Source of the DNA: Spirochaetia bacterium
Lineage (GTDB): Bacteria > Spirochaetota > Spirochaetia > UBA9216
Assembly: GCA_965140585.1 (NCBI GenBank)
Contig: OZ223269.1
Coordinates: forward strand, 784,544-848,543
Direction: 5' to 3'
DNA: 64,000 nucleotides
Made by a program: the position numbers and the translations under genes. Positions 1 to 9,450 of this stretch are shown here, one piece after another (position 1 is the stretch's first letter; each line of letters begins with the position of its first letter). The notes beneath the pieces are model-generated. The model was given only the letters and a program-made list of their open reading frames with translations. It had not been told where the DNA came from and made no database searches.

Positions 1-511
1 GGTTGGCGGGTTCAAAAAGTTCTTTTCCGCTTTTGCAGCATGGACATTTTACAGGCGGTTCTGTATTTTCAACAATGTATCCGCATACACTGCATTTCCA
101 GAGAATAGGTTCATCTCTTTTGTAGACTGTACCGTTGTTTACCATTTCAAGAAGTCTTTTGTATCTGTCTCTGTGATGAGCTTCAACTTTGAGAATCTGT
201 TTAAAAAGATTCATAGCATCTTTTTCACCTTCAGCTTCTGCTTCTTTTGCAAAATCAGCATACATTGTCTGTACTTCGTAATCTTCACCTTCCATGGCGG
301 CTTTAAGGTTTGCTGCAGTATCACCGATACCTCCGAGCATAGTAAACTCGTCAAAAGCATGCTGCATTTCATTTGCTGCAGTTTCTTCAAAAATTTTTGC
401 TATGTAGTTGTAGCCTTCTTCTCTCGCTACCGCGGCCCAGAATGTATATTTGTTTCTGGCCTGAGATTCACCTGCGAAGGCGGACTGCAGATTCTCTGAA
501 GTTTTTCCCAT
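1..511 (-). CDS. rbr: Rubrerythrin (ferritin-like diiron domain plus C-terminal rubredoxin-like CxxC..CxxC); 3' end cut by the window edge. Not in the ORF track because it has no in-window stop
   Basis: Reverse-complement translation gives MGKTSENLQSAFAGESQARNKYTFWAAVAREEGYNYIAKIFEETAANEMQHAF...KVEAHHRDRYKRLLEMVNNGTVYKRDEPILWKCSVCGYIVENTEPPVKCPCCKSGKELFEP, a typical rubrerythrin. Confidence 0.85.
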   Translation of the reverse strand, partial: MGKTSENLQSAFAGESQARNKYTFWAAVAREEGYNYIAKIFEETAANEMQHAFDEFTMLGGIGDTAANLKAAMEGEDYEVQTMYADFAKEAEAEGEKDAMNLFKQILKVEAHHRDRYKRLLEMVNNGTVYKRDEPILWKCSVCGYIVENTEPPVKCPCCKSGKELFEPAN

Positions 512-565
512 AATAATACTCCTATAAATATATTTTTATCATCTGTATAACAGAATGATGATTCC

Positions 566-1003
566 TTAGTTATGCTTACAGCTGCTGCATATACCGCTGT
601 ATACTATTCTCATACCTGTAATTGTGAAATTTTCAGGAAGGACTGTCAAATTTTCAACTTCTTTTTCATTACTATTCAGTTCTATATCATAGATATTTCC
701 GCATTCAGTACAGTGAAAGTGATTATGACTGTGAGTCTGGGTATCAAAACGTCTTGTTGATCCGTAGGTTTCGGTTTTTTGAATAAGTCCGCAGTCATGA
801 AAAGTCTGCATTGTTCTGTTTACTGTATCATAAGTTACTGAAGGGATAACCGGTTTTACAAGTTTGAAAACTTCATCCACGGTAGGATGGGTTTTAAGAG
901 GCTTAATCAATTTGAATATGGTAATTCTGTTGGGAGTCATGCGCAAACCGCACTTCTTGAATTCATCTCTTATATGAGTCAAGTCCTCTGCCTGTAAATG
1001 CAT
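566..1003 (-). CDS. Fur-family metalloregulator, probably a PerR-like peroxide regulator given the adjacent rubrerythrin
   Basis: 145 aa; Fur-family layout with a winged helix, HxH metal site (HSHNHFH) and CxxC...CxxC (CTECG...CSSCK); divergent/adjacent to rbr. Confidence 0.7.
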   Translation of the reverse strand: MHLQAEDLTHIRDEFKKCGLRMTPNRITIFKLIKPLKTHPTVDEVFKLVKPVIPSVTYDTVNRTMQTFHDCGLIQKTETYGSTRRFDTQTHSHNHFHCTECGNIYDIELNSNEKEVENLTVLPENFTITGMRIVYSGICSSCKHN

Positions 1004-1151
1004 GAATATATTATATAATAGAAATACTTATTTAGCAATGGATTTTATCCGGAAAAAACATTTTGCATTTTTATAGAAAATATAACTTAATTAGTTATTA
1101 TGCAATAATTTATATCGTATTAAAAATATTAAGAAAACTTTTAAATACCCG

Positions 1152-1180
1152 TTGACATAAAAATTAAATTCATTTATCTT
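1152..1180 (+). promoter_or_regulatory. sigma70-type promoter for tRNA-Asn (TTGACA-N17-TATCTT)
   Basis: TTGACA at 1152-1157, 17 nt spacer, TATCTT at 1175-1180, about 18 nt upstream of the tRNA 5' end. Confidence 0.5.
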
Positions 1181-1197
1181 AACCAAGCATTAAGCAA

Positions 1198-1270
1198 TCC
1201 CCTGTAGCTCAGCTGGTAGAGCGGGTGACTGTTAATCACTAGGTCGGCAGTTCAAGTCTGTCCGGGGGAG
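1198..1270 (+). tRNA. tRNA-Asn (anticodon GTT)
   Basis: 73 nt cloverleaf: acceptor TCCCCTG/CGGGGGA, anticodon loop CTGTTAA, T-arm GGCAGTTCAAGTCTGTC, no encoded CCA. Confidence 0.85.
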
Positions 1271-1277
1271 TATAAAA

Positions 1278-1313
1278 GACTGTCTGTAATAATTTCAGAC
1301 AGTCTTTTTTTAT
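1278..1313 (+). terminator. Rho-independent terminator after tRNA-Asn, possibly bidirectional with the hemerythrin-like gene
   Basis: Perfect 10 bp stem AGACTGTCTG/CAGACAGTCT with a 9 nt loop, followed by TTTTTTTATTT. Confidence 0.7.
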
Positions 1314-1346
1314 TTAAATTCTGTATTCATTCTGCTGTTAAGTCTG

Positions 1347-1658
1347 CTATAAATAGGTAAAAAATTTGAAATCTTCGATAAAAAAATGACCTACCAGAAT
1401 TTCTTCAAGAATGAAGTCGAAGAGGGCTTCGGGACTTTTTATATAATGTTCAATGTTGTCTTTTGTACGGTTGATACTGTTTAGAATGTGGCTATGTATC
1501 ATTTTATGATCTTCAAGAAACGGATATCCTGCTTTGAAAAGAATACCTTCCTCATATCTGAAGTGTTTTGTCAGTGATTCGATGAAATCTGAATAGAGCA
1601 AGTGAAATTTTTCAGGATTAACTTCAAATAAATCGATCATGGTGTTTGCATCTGCCAT
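1347..1658 (-). CDS. Hemerythrin-like metal-binding protein (bacteriohemerythrin family)
   Basis: 103 aa; H..xxxE and H...H spacing (HFRYEEG..EDHKMIHSHIL) as in hemerythrin HHE cation-binding domains. Confidence 0.5.
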   Translation of the reverse strand: MADANTMIDLFEVNPEKFHLLYSDFIESLTKHFRYEEGILFKAGYPFLEDHKMIHSHILNSINRTKDNIEHYIKSPEALFDFILEEILVGHFFIEDFKFFTYL

Positions 1659-1712
1659 TAACTGCTTATGCTGCTGATTGATTGCATTGTTACTGCAAAA
1701 CCATTCACTCTT

Positions 1713-3107
1713 CTAGTCAAGAGTTTTAAGTTCTCTTTTCATCGGCTCACTTTCCATACTGATAGATAACCTGTTTCTGCCATCATGCTTTGCTTTATAT
1801 AGGGCATTATCTACCCGTTTAAATAAACTTCCCCAGAACTCAAATTCAAGACGCTGTGCAATTCCAAGACTTATTGTGACATTCCCAATATCGTCATAGT
1901 TAATCTTTCCAATTTCTGTACGCAGTTTCTCAGCAATACCTGTAGCGATATTTAAATTCCCGCCTGAAACAATAATCAAAAATTCTTCACCTCCCCATCG
2001 GACAAGAAGATCACTTTTTCTGATTATTTCTTTTGCTTTTGCGGCAGTACTCACCAATACACGATCACCTGCTTCATGACCATAATTATCATTAACCTGT
2101 TTAAAATGATCCAAATCAAAAAGAATTATTGAAAGGTCGTATTCCATTCGATCAGCTCTATCCATTTCGCTGTGTATGTTTCTTTCAAGCATTTCTCTGT
2201 TAAAGACACCTGTAAGTCTGTCGGTTATAGCAGTCTCGTTTAAGGAGTTATTTTTTTTTCTAAGCAATATATGTTTAACTGAAATACGATATAAACTTAC
2301 AGTAGCAGCCAATATCACTATAATACCAAGGGAAATTACTAGATAGATTATGCTGTAATTAAAAGTGTTTGCAAATTCATCCGGAATATAATATATTTCC
2401 CACTCTCCAAAATCTGATTTTTTAAGAACTTTTTCAGGGTTCATATCGAATATGTCCGGGCTGCCGTACATTATCAGTGAATCTTCGGTTTTGTCTAAAA
2501 TAAGTACTTTAATTTCAGCATCTTTGCTGATCTGATCGATATATTCATTGAATTTTAAACCATCAAGAACAATACTGGCCTGTCCCCAATATAGACCATC
2601 TTTCAAAAGTGGAATCCGTATAATATACCCGATTCCTCCCTGAACAAGGTTTACAGGACCCTGGAAAACGTGTTTTTGTTCGTTTTTTACTTCGAGAACC
2701 TTCCTGGACTGGCCTTCAATTTTTGATAAATCGACTCCGATTGCTGCTGCATTATTTTCTCTGGGGAAATTCCATTCAAGTGTAGTATCCTTAAGAATCC
2801 CTACATTTCGTATATATTGACTTCTGCCATGCATTAAATTCGCTAAAAACTCATAAATTTCTTCATCCTTAAAATTATCGAATGTCTCTATATAGGCTGA
2901 AAATCCAAAAAGGATGTCCTTGTGTGATAATATAAAATTCTCAAGGTTATTATTAAAATTCATATATCTATTATATGAATCTAATGTTCGCTGTGACTCC
3001 ACCTGACTAAAAAGAAGACTGCTTATCCATATGAGCATACCGCTGAGAATGACAAAAATAAATCCGGCCAATCCAAGCGCCTGAATATATCTGGTTTTAT
3101 TTTTCAT
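1713..3107 (-). CDS. Sensor diguanylate cyclase: two TM helices flanking a ~230 aa periplasmic domain, then a C-terminal GGDEF domain
   Basis: 464 aa; intact active site RWGGEEFLII, RxxD I-site-like motif, hydrophobic segments at residues ~15-33 and ~245-265. Confidence 0.8.
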   Translation of the reverse strand: MKNKTRYIQALGLAGFIFVILSGMLIWISSLLFSQVESQRTLDSYNRYMNFNNNLENFILSHKDILFGFSAYIETFDNFKDEEIYEFLANLMHGRSQYIRNVGILKDTTLEWNFPRENNAAAIGVDLSKIEGQSRKVLEVKNEQKHVFQGPVNLVQGGIGYIIRIPLLKDGLYWGQASIVLDGLKFNEYIDQISKDAEIKVLILDKTEDSLIMYGSPDIFDMNPEKVLKKSDFGEWEIYYIPDEFANTFNYSIIYLVISLGIIVILAATVSLYRISVKHILLRKKNNSLNETAITDRLTGVFNREMLERNIHSEMDRADRMEYDLSIILFDLDHFKQVNDNYGHEAGDRVLVSTAAKAKEIIRKSDLLVRWGGEEFLIIVSGGNLNIATGIAEKLRTEIGKINYDDIGNVTISLGIAQRLEFEFWGSLFKRVDNALYKAKHDGRNRLSISMESEPMKRELKTLD

Positions 3108-3224
3108 TTGAATCCTTTTTTTTTAATTATAATCAATCCGAAGTTGGAAAAAAGACTTGGGATAAGATATTTTTAAAATTTAAATTTCCATGTTAAAATA
3201 TTTTTTCTAATATTAGGAGAAAGT

Positions 3225-3674
3225 ATGAAGACTCTGGTTGTATATTATTCGCATTCAAATAATAACCGTTTTATTGCTGAACAGATCTCAAAGAGATTAA
3301 AATGCAGTATTGATAAAATCAGACCCAGGGGTAATCTGCACCTGCTTCAGTTATTATTCTCCGCTTCGCGAACCGGCTTCGGTATACATTCCTCAAAATA
3401 TTCACCTGCTGATTTTGACAGGGTGATAATCTGCGGGCCTATCTGGATGGGAACCGTGGTTTATCCGGTATACAAATACATACAAAATAACCGTAAAAGT
3501 ATTAAAAAACTGAATTTTGTTTCATGCTGCGGTTCAACAGAGGAACAGAAGGATTCAAAATTCGGTTATGAAACTGTTTTCAAAAAAATAGAAGAACTTA
3601 TTGGAGATCGTTTTGAAGGGGCATATGCTCTGCCGATAGGAATACTTTCTCCGGAAACTGAAAATGTTATGTAG
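3225..3674 (+). CDS. Flavodoxin-like protein
   Basis: 149 aa; N-terminal MKTLVVYYSHSNNNR flavodoxin FMN-binding signature. Confidence 0.5.
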   Translation: MKTLVVYYSHSNNNRFIAEQISKRLKCSIDKIRPRGNLHLLQLLFSASRTGFGIHSSKYSPADFDRVIICGPIWMGTVVYPVYKYIQNNRKSIKKLNFVSCCGSTEEQKDSKFGYETVFKKIEELIGDRFEGAYALPIGILSPETENVM

Positions 3675-3817
3675 CTTAGTCTTAATCAATCTAATTTTCA
3701 GGGTAAAATTTCCGACCACTTTGAAAAAATAGTTTCTTATATAGAATAGATAAGATTATAAGCAGCAATTGTTGTATATTTAAGAATAAATAAGCTTTCT
3801 GCAAAACTCGGTTAGTT

Positions 3818-5775
3818 TTGAAAATCATCATAATAACAGACAGGTTAAATATGAATAAAAGTATAAGGTCTAAAGTTTCCCTGATTATTCTGGTTTATAT
3901 ATTATTAACTGCAGCTTTTTCTATCTATATATATCGCATTGAGTATAAAAATAAAGAAGAGCAGCTTAATAACAGTCTTTACGCCGCTGCAAAGTCACTT
4001 GATATGATTATTGGTCCTGATTTTTTTGATAAATATGATTTTTATAACAGAATTTCTGCATCCGAATACGAAAAAATAACAAAAGTATTGAATAATTTTG
4101 CGGATTCACTGGGTCTTGAATATGTTTATGCCATGGTTCGTCAGAATAACACTATTTATTTTGTAGTTAGTAATGAAACCGAAGATGATTTAATTCGTGG
4201 AACTCCAAGTATTTTCTATAATCCTTATCCTTTTCCGCCTAATGATCTTACAGATGCATTTGACGAGGGAAAAGTTACATACAGGTATTATTCTGCATAC
4301 AGAAATATTTGGAACAGTTATTATTCGATTTTTCTGCCCGGTATAAGTCCGGGAGGAAATAAGTACATGCTTGCTGCTGATATTAAACTTCAGGATCAGA
4401 TCAGTATACTTCGAAGCAGTATTTATAAAGCTATTATTCTAATCATCATTTTTATGATTCCGCTGATTCCTTTACTGTATATTCTAAAAAATGGAGCGGA
4501 TCGAAGGGCCAGAGATCTTGAGAAACTTATCTATACGGATAAATTAACACATCTGCCCAATCGTGATGGATTTATCCGTGATACTGCTCCTGTAGAACAA
4601 GAGTGTATGTCTGTGATTATGATAGATATCGATTCCTTCAGGGACATTAATAATCTTTTCGGAGGAATTGTAGGAGATAGAGTCCTGCTCCGTATTTCTG
4701 ATATCATCAATGAGATTTGTACTCCGAATTTCAAACTTTATAAATTTCCTGTAGACGAATTCATACTTCTGGCTAAAGACTGCATGGAACTTGAATTCAT
4801 TATTCAGATTACGGAAAACATTATAAATACTATTTCAGATGAGAGTTTTGTAAATATAGGGCAGCCTCTTGATTTAACCGTCACTGCAGGTATCGTATAT
4901 CAGGAAACAATGTATATGGATCTTCTAAGTCATGCAAATATTGCAAAGAACAAAGCAAAGCATGAAAAGAAGGGTTGGATTCTTTATGATGATTCGATGA
5001 AGGTTGAGACAAATTACAACAATAATTTCAAAACTATAGGTTTTATAAAAGAAGCTATTAAGGCAGACATGGTGGTTCCTTACTATCAGCCGATTAAAAA
5101 TAATTACACGGATGAAATTGAAAAATATGAGGCCTTGATAGGAATCCAGAGAGAAAACGGTGAAGTACTGCTTCCTGGGGGCTTTCTGGAGGTAGCCAGA
5201 AAAAGTAAACTATATAAAGAGCTCACTTTATGCATGATTAGGAAATCATTCAGGGATTTTCAGGGATGGGAAAAACCATTTCATTGAATTTTAGTGCCCG
5301 TGATATTGAGGACGATTCTACAGTAGAATTCCTAATGAAATGCTGTAAAGATTACAATATGCAGAATTATGTAATAATCGAACTGCTTGAATCAGAATCT
5401 ATCATTCATTATGAAACAATTTTCCGAAATATCCAGCGGCTTAAAGAACATGGAATCAAGATAGCTATTGATGATTTCGGCAGCGGATATTCAAATTTCA
5501 TTTATCTGTCTCAATTTCATGCTAATTATATAAAAATTGATGGTACTCTGATAAAAAAGCTGCTTACTGAAAAACATTCGGAGGCCATTATTACGGCAAT
5601 ATCGGCTTTTGCCCGGGATCTTGATATATCTTTAATTGCTGAATTTGTATCAAATGAAGAAGAAATAACACGTCTGAAAGAATTGAATGTAGAATTTTCT
5701 CAGGGTTTTTATATTGGAAAACCGAAGCCGTTCAAAGAGCTTAATATTAAAAGAAGTCCGAAAGTGAAAATTTAG
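3818..5775 (+). pseudogene. GGDEF-EAL c-di-GMP protein (periplasmic sensor, TM, degenerate GGDEF, EAL) interrupted by a -1 frameshift in an A5 run at 5271-5275. Could be a genuine pseudogene, a phase-variable gene, or a homopolymer sequencing error
   Basis: ORF 3818-5287 ends ...FRDFQGWEKPFH* and ORF 5266-5775 continues the EAL domain (ISLNFSARDIED...ELLESE...DDFGSGYS...KIDGTLIKKL...AEFV...QGFYIGKP). One extra A would give a continuous ...GWEKTISLNFSARDIED... Confidence 0.55.
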
Positions 5776-6740
5776 TTAGCTGTTATATCTGAATTGAGCC
5801 AGTTTAAAATTTCTTCAGAAATTGTTTCAATCGAACCTGAATTAATAAACAGTTTTGTATTTCTATCTCCATCGGATGAATACAGAAATTTGCTTTCAAG
5901 CAGGATATTTACATGTCTTGAAACTGTAGATTTAGCAAGCCCCATTTTAATTGTGAGCTCTTTCTGTGTCATAGGCTGCTTTGATAGCATAAATAATATT
6001 TCAAGTCTGGTCCGATCTGAAAGTGCGAATGCTTTTGTGCTTATTGAAATCGAACCTTTCAGACTGTAATCATTATCGCGAAAAGGCAGATCCATACATA
6101 AACTGAAAATACCTTCATCATGACAATCATCAATTACAAGGTGAGGGAAAGAGAAGAGGCTTAGCTTTATATAGAAAACATCAAGAACCTCAGAGTTGAA
6201 AGATGCACTGTACATTTTTTCCATTACTATCTGATTTCTTTTTATTGAAACTCTTGGATTCAAACGTTTTACATAATCGGTGAATGCAAGTTTACTGTAT
6301 AAGGATGTTTCATCTTTAATTGATGATTTAATTAAAATTTTATGCTCTTCAATAATATCAATAAAAAAATTCCTGCAGTATGTTTCCAGAAAGAAAATCA
6401 GGCTTTCAGGTTTGATATCTTCCGGAAAACATTTCCAATTACTGTGGTCATTAATAAAACTGATAATCTGCTCAGAGCTGTCTATATTAAAATTAAGAAA
6501 AGTATACTGTTTAATATATTCGTCAAGATGAAGCCAACCGCCGATTTTGCTCTCAATCAGTCTGAAAAGATCTTTTTCCTTTCTTGAAAAGCTTTTGTAC
6601 ACTTCTATTGCCCATACAGCGCTTGGACCGTGATGGCCCGGATCTGATATTACATCGAGTGACATGGCCATTTCGGAGATTGGATTATAGGTTATTTTTA
6701 TCCTTTGTTGCAGATTTTTATAATCATTAATATATATCAT
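5772..6740 (-). CDS. ArsR-family HTH transcriptional regulator with a large (~230 aa) N-terminal domain of unknown function
   Basis: 322 aa; C-terminal ALSDRTRLEILFMLSKQPMTQKELTIKMGLAKSTVSRHVNILLESKFL is a classic ArsR/SmtB winged HTH; last gene of the ABC-2 exporter operon. Confidence 0.6.
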   Translation of the reverse strand: MIYINDYKNLQQRIKITYNPISEMAMSLDVISDPGHHGPSAVWAIEVYKSFSRKEKDLFRLIESKIGGWLHLDEYIKQYTFLNFNIDSSEQIISFINDHSNWKCFPEDIKPESLIFFLETYCRNFFIDIIEEHKILIKSSIKDETSLYSKLAFTDYVKRLNPRVSIKRNQIVMEKMYSASFNSEVLDVFYIKLSLFSFPHLVIDDCHDEGIFSLCMDLPFRDNDYSLKGSISISTKAFALSDRTRLEILFMLSKQPMTQKELTIKMGLAKSTVSRHVNILLESKFLYSSDGDRNTKLFINSGSIETISEEILNWLNSDITAN

Positions 6741-6772
6741 GTTCGACCGCTGATTATAAATCAGAGGATCCT

Positions 6773-7597
6773 TTATGTAAAGGTCAGGTTACCTTCAACT
6801 TTACCCCGGTATTCCGCATATCGGAGGATTAGAGATGAAGCGACCAGGTATATTACCGCAAGTATGGATAATGAGATCAGCTCTCTGTATATGAAGCTTA
6901 TATCTATCACTGGTGAGTAAGCTGTTCTTAAAAGTTTTGCACAATGAGAAAGCGGGTATGCAAGTGCTGCAAAAGATAAGGCCCAAGGCAGAGCTTTGAC
7001 AGGAAAACGTATTCCCGACAAAAACTCGGACGGTGTTTCAACGAGTGCATAAACCAGCCGCATGTTTCTGCCTGTCAAAAAGATCGCACAGACGAGACTG
7101 CCCCAGGGAAGGCTAAGTATAAAAATCAGAATAGATAAAATGAGAAAAAGGAGAATATTCGGAGGCTGAACCCTGAATACTATATGAGCTGAGATTAGAA
7201 AACCTGCGTATGAAGCCATAAAGGAAGGCAGTACTCCCGCGGTATTGGAAATAAGCCAGAGAGTTCTGTTTACCGGTGAAATATAAATTGGTTCAAGTAT
7301 GCCGTAATCTCTCTGTCCGCCCATTGCTGCTCCTGTATTTATATACTCGTTAAATAGGGAAAGCACGAGAATACCGGGAATAATATAGCTCATTATCTTA
7401 AAGAATCCGCTGTCAAAAGAAGCCGGCATCTCAGTACCTTCAAAAAGCGGTGAGTAAAACAGATAGTAAATAAGGCAGTTCAGGAGCGGCCATGATATCT
7501 GCTGCATAAGAAAAAAAAGTTTATTGAAATGCTGTGATTTAAATACTTTTAAGCTCTGCCAGTATATGAAATTAATTATTATCATTATTTTCTCCAT
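6773..7597 (-). CDS. ABC-2 family transporter permease
   Basis: 274 aa, six hydrophobic segments, adjacent to an ABC ATPase. Confidence 0.6.
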   Translation of the reverse strand: MEKIMIIINFIYWQSLKVFKSQHFNKLFFLMQQISWPLLNCLIYYLFYSPLFEGTEMPASFDSGFFKIMSYIIPGILVLSLFNEYINTGAAMGGQRDYGILEPIYISPVNRTLWLISNTAGVLPSFMASYAGFLISAHIVFRVQPPNILLFLILSILIFILSLPWGSLVCAIFLTGRNMRLVYALVETPSEFLSGIRFPVKALPWALSFAALAYPLSHCAKLLRTAYSPVIDISFIYRELISLSILAVIYLVASSLILRYAEYRGKVEGNLTFT

Positions 7598-8541
7598 TCA
7601 GCAGGCTGACAGTTTTATTATCGCATCTTCAAGCGATGGAAGTCTCTGCGTATATTCCAATCCGGTAGTTCCATCAAAATCAATATTTTTTAATAAATGA
7701 TATCCGTCTTTTTTGTCCAGGGTGATAATAAATTTACCGCCTGAATTAATCACGGATGATTCATCTAATTTTATAAGGCTATTTATTTTATTTAGAAGCC
7801 GGTGGTCGGAAAAACTGAAATGATGCTTCTCCTTTAAATCGGTCAAATTATAAAGCTCGCTGTATGTTCCGTTGAATATGAGGCGGCCTTGCTGCAGTAT
7901 TCCTACATTTTTACATATTTGTTCAATTTCCGACATATAGTGGCTTGTAAGTATTACTGTCCTTTCTCATCAGAAAGCAGAATTTCCTTAATGAAATTTC
8001 GAATTTCTCCAGCTATTGCCACATCAAGCCCAAGTGTAGGTTCATCAAGCAGTAGATATCTTGGATTATTTATCAGGCCTCTGGCAATTGTAAGTCTCTG
8101 TTTCATCCCTCTTGAATAGGTTTCAACTCTCTTGTCTGCCTTGTTTTCAAGTCCAGTGAGTGAAAGAAGTTCATTAACACGTTTTTTAGATTCACGGTAG
8201 GACATCCCGTACAGTGATGAAAAATAGAATAGATTTTCTTTGCCTGTAAGGCGGAAATACAGCATACGGTCACTGCCTGTAATCATATTTATCTGAGACC
8301 TCAGAATTTTTTCATTTTGAACAGTATCAAGCTCATCGAGTTGGATAGACCCTAAACTTGGTCGAAGCAATGTGGCAATCATTTTTAGAGTTGTTGTTTT
8401 ACCTGCACCGTTAATACCAAGAAGGCCGTATGCTCCTGCGGGTATTTTCAAATCTATTTTTTGTACTCCGGTACTATATTCAGATTTTCTGAAAACTTTT
8501 CCTGTTTTATAAATTTTGGATACATTATCATTTGTGATCAT
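7598..8541 (-). pseudogene. ABC transporter ATP-binding protein split by a frameshift (one base missing, around 7946-7952)
   Basis: 7954-8541 carries Walker A GINGAGKTT, signature YSRGMKQRL and Walker B LLLDEPTLGLD, ending ...DEKGQ*. The continuation ...TVILTSHYMSEIEQICKNVGILQQGRL is in the next frame (7598-7936); inserting one base restores DEKGTVILTSHYM. Confidence 0.55.
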
Positions 8542-8550
8542 GCAATTCTC

Positions 8551-9345
8551 CTAAGACAGATAATTTTCGAGGGCTGTACGCTCAACAAGCGGAAGCAGCA
8601 GGTAACCTGCTGTTATAAGAATTATGGCTGGGAGCAAATTTATTAGATATTCACTGAAACTGCCCATACTGTACGCTGTAAATAAGCCGGTTCGAACAAG
8701 TTTAACTCCGTAATTTACAGGTATCAACCTGCTGAAAAGCAATAATGGAGGTGGCAGTGATTCGACTGTGAACAGATAACCGCCGCTCAGGAGCATTAGA
8801 GGAAGCAGGGTATTCTGAATTATGAATGTGTCACGAAACGTGATCATTAAAATACTTGTTATTAATGCAAGACCATGAAGTGTAAACAATATCTGTAATA
8901 ACCCCAGTAAGACAGTACATATATTAACGTTATATCCGATACCGGCAAAAGCGGAGATAACCGAAGCAATCATAAAATCAATTATGGACAGTGATAACTG
9001 ATGCAGCTGGTTTCCAATGTAATACTGTTGACGTTTGAAAGGAATTATCAGAATACACTCTAGAGTACCTTCCCGGCGTTCAGTCATAAGAGTTCTGCTC
9101 ACATTTAATAGAATTCCCTGGGTTGTGCCGTATAATGCAGATCCGATGATAATAAAACCTCTATAGTCACTGATTCCTGAATCTCTGATGAATGAAGATG
9201 AAACGGATCCGCTGTTAAGACGGAACAGTATAAATGCAGTTGCGACTGTAAAGAGAATAAATGTGAGCCTGCTTATGAAAAAGTCGGTATATTCGCCTCT
9301 AAGTGCTGAGATGAGATTTTTTTTAAAGACATTAAATATAATCAT
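8551..9345 (-). CDS. ABC-2 family transporter permease
   Basis: 264 aa polytopic membrane protein, first gene of the permease-ATPase-permease-regulator operon. Confidence 0.6.
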   Translation of the reverse strand: MIIFNVFKKNLISALRGEYTDFFISRLTFILFTVATAFILFRLNSGSVSSSFIRDSGISDYRGFIIIGSALYGTTQGILLNVSRTLMTERREGTLECILIIPFKRQQYYIGNQLHQLSLSIIDFMIASVISAFAGIGYNVNICTVLLGLLQILFTLHGLALITSILMITFRDTFIIQNTLLPLMLLSGGYLFTVESLPPPLLLFSRLIPVNYGVKLVRTGLFTAYSMGSFSEYLINLLPAIILITAGYLLLPLVERTALENYLS

Positions 9346-9450
9346 AAAAATCCTGAAGTACGTAAAATAACGAACTTAAAGTAAAACAAAATTTCAAAAA
9401 TGTCAAATTTATTTAGAGTTTTAATGTCTCAGTGTTTATACTAAATACAT

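Noticed and set aside
173-499. 108 aa plus-strand ORF in the ORF track
   Set aside because: It is antisense to a clearly conserved rubrerythrin gene on the minus strand. Its low-complexity Phe/Cys-rich translation is typical of antisense reading of an AT-rich gene.
3675-3817. Possible c-di-GMP riboswitch (GEMM) upstream of the GGDEF-EAL gene
   Set aside because: No GNRA-capped P1 or conserved ACGCAAAGC-like core was recognisable; it is just AT-rich spacer.
5266-7953. Interpreting the two frameshifts (the GGDEF-EAL gene and the ABC ATPase) as programmed ribosomal frameshifts
   Set aside because: No slippery heptamer plus downstream structure of the known types. Both are single-base length changes in short A-runs, more consistent with sequencing error or simple pseudogenisation.
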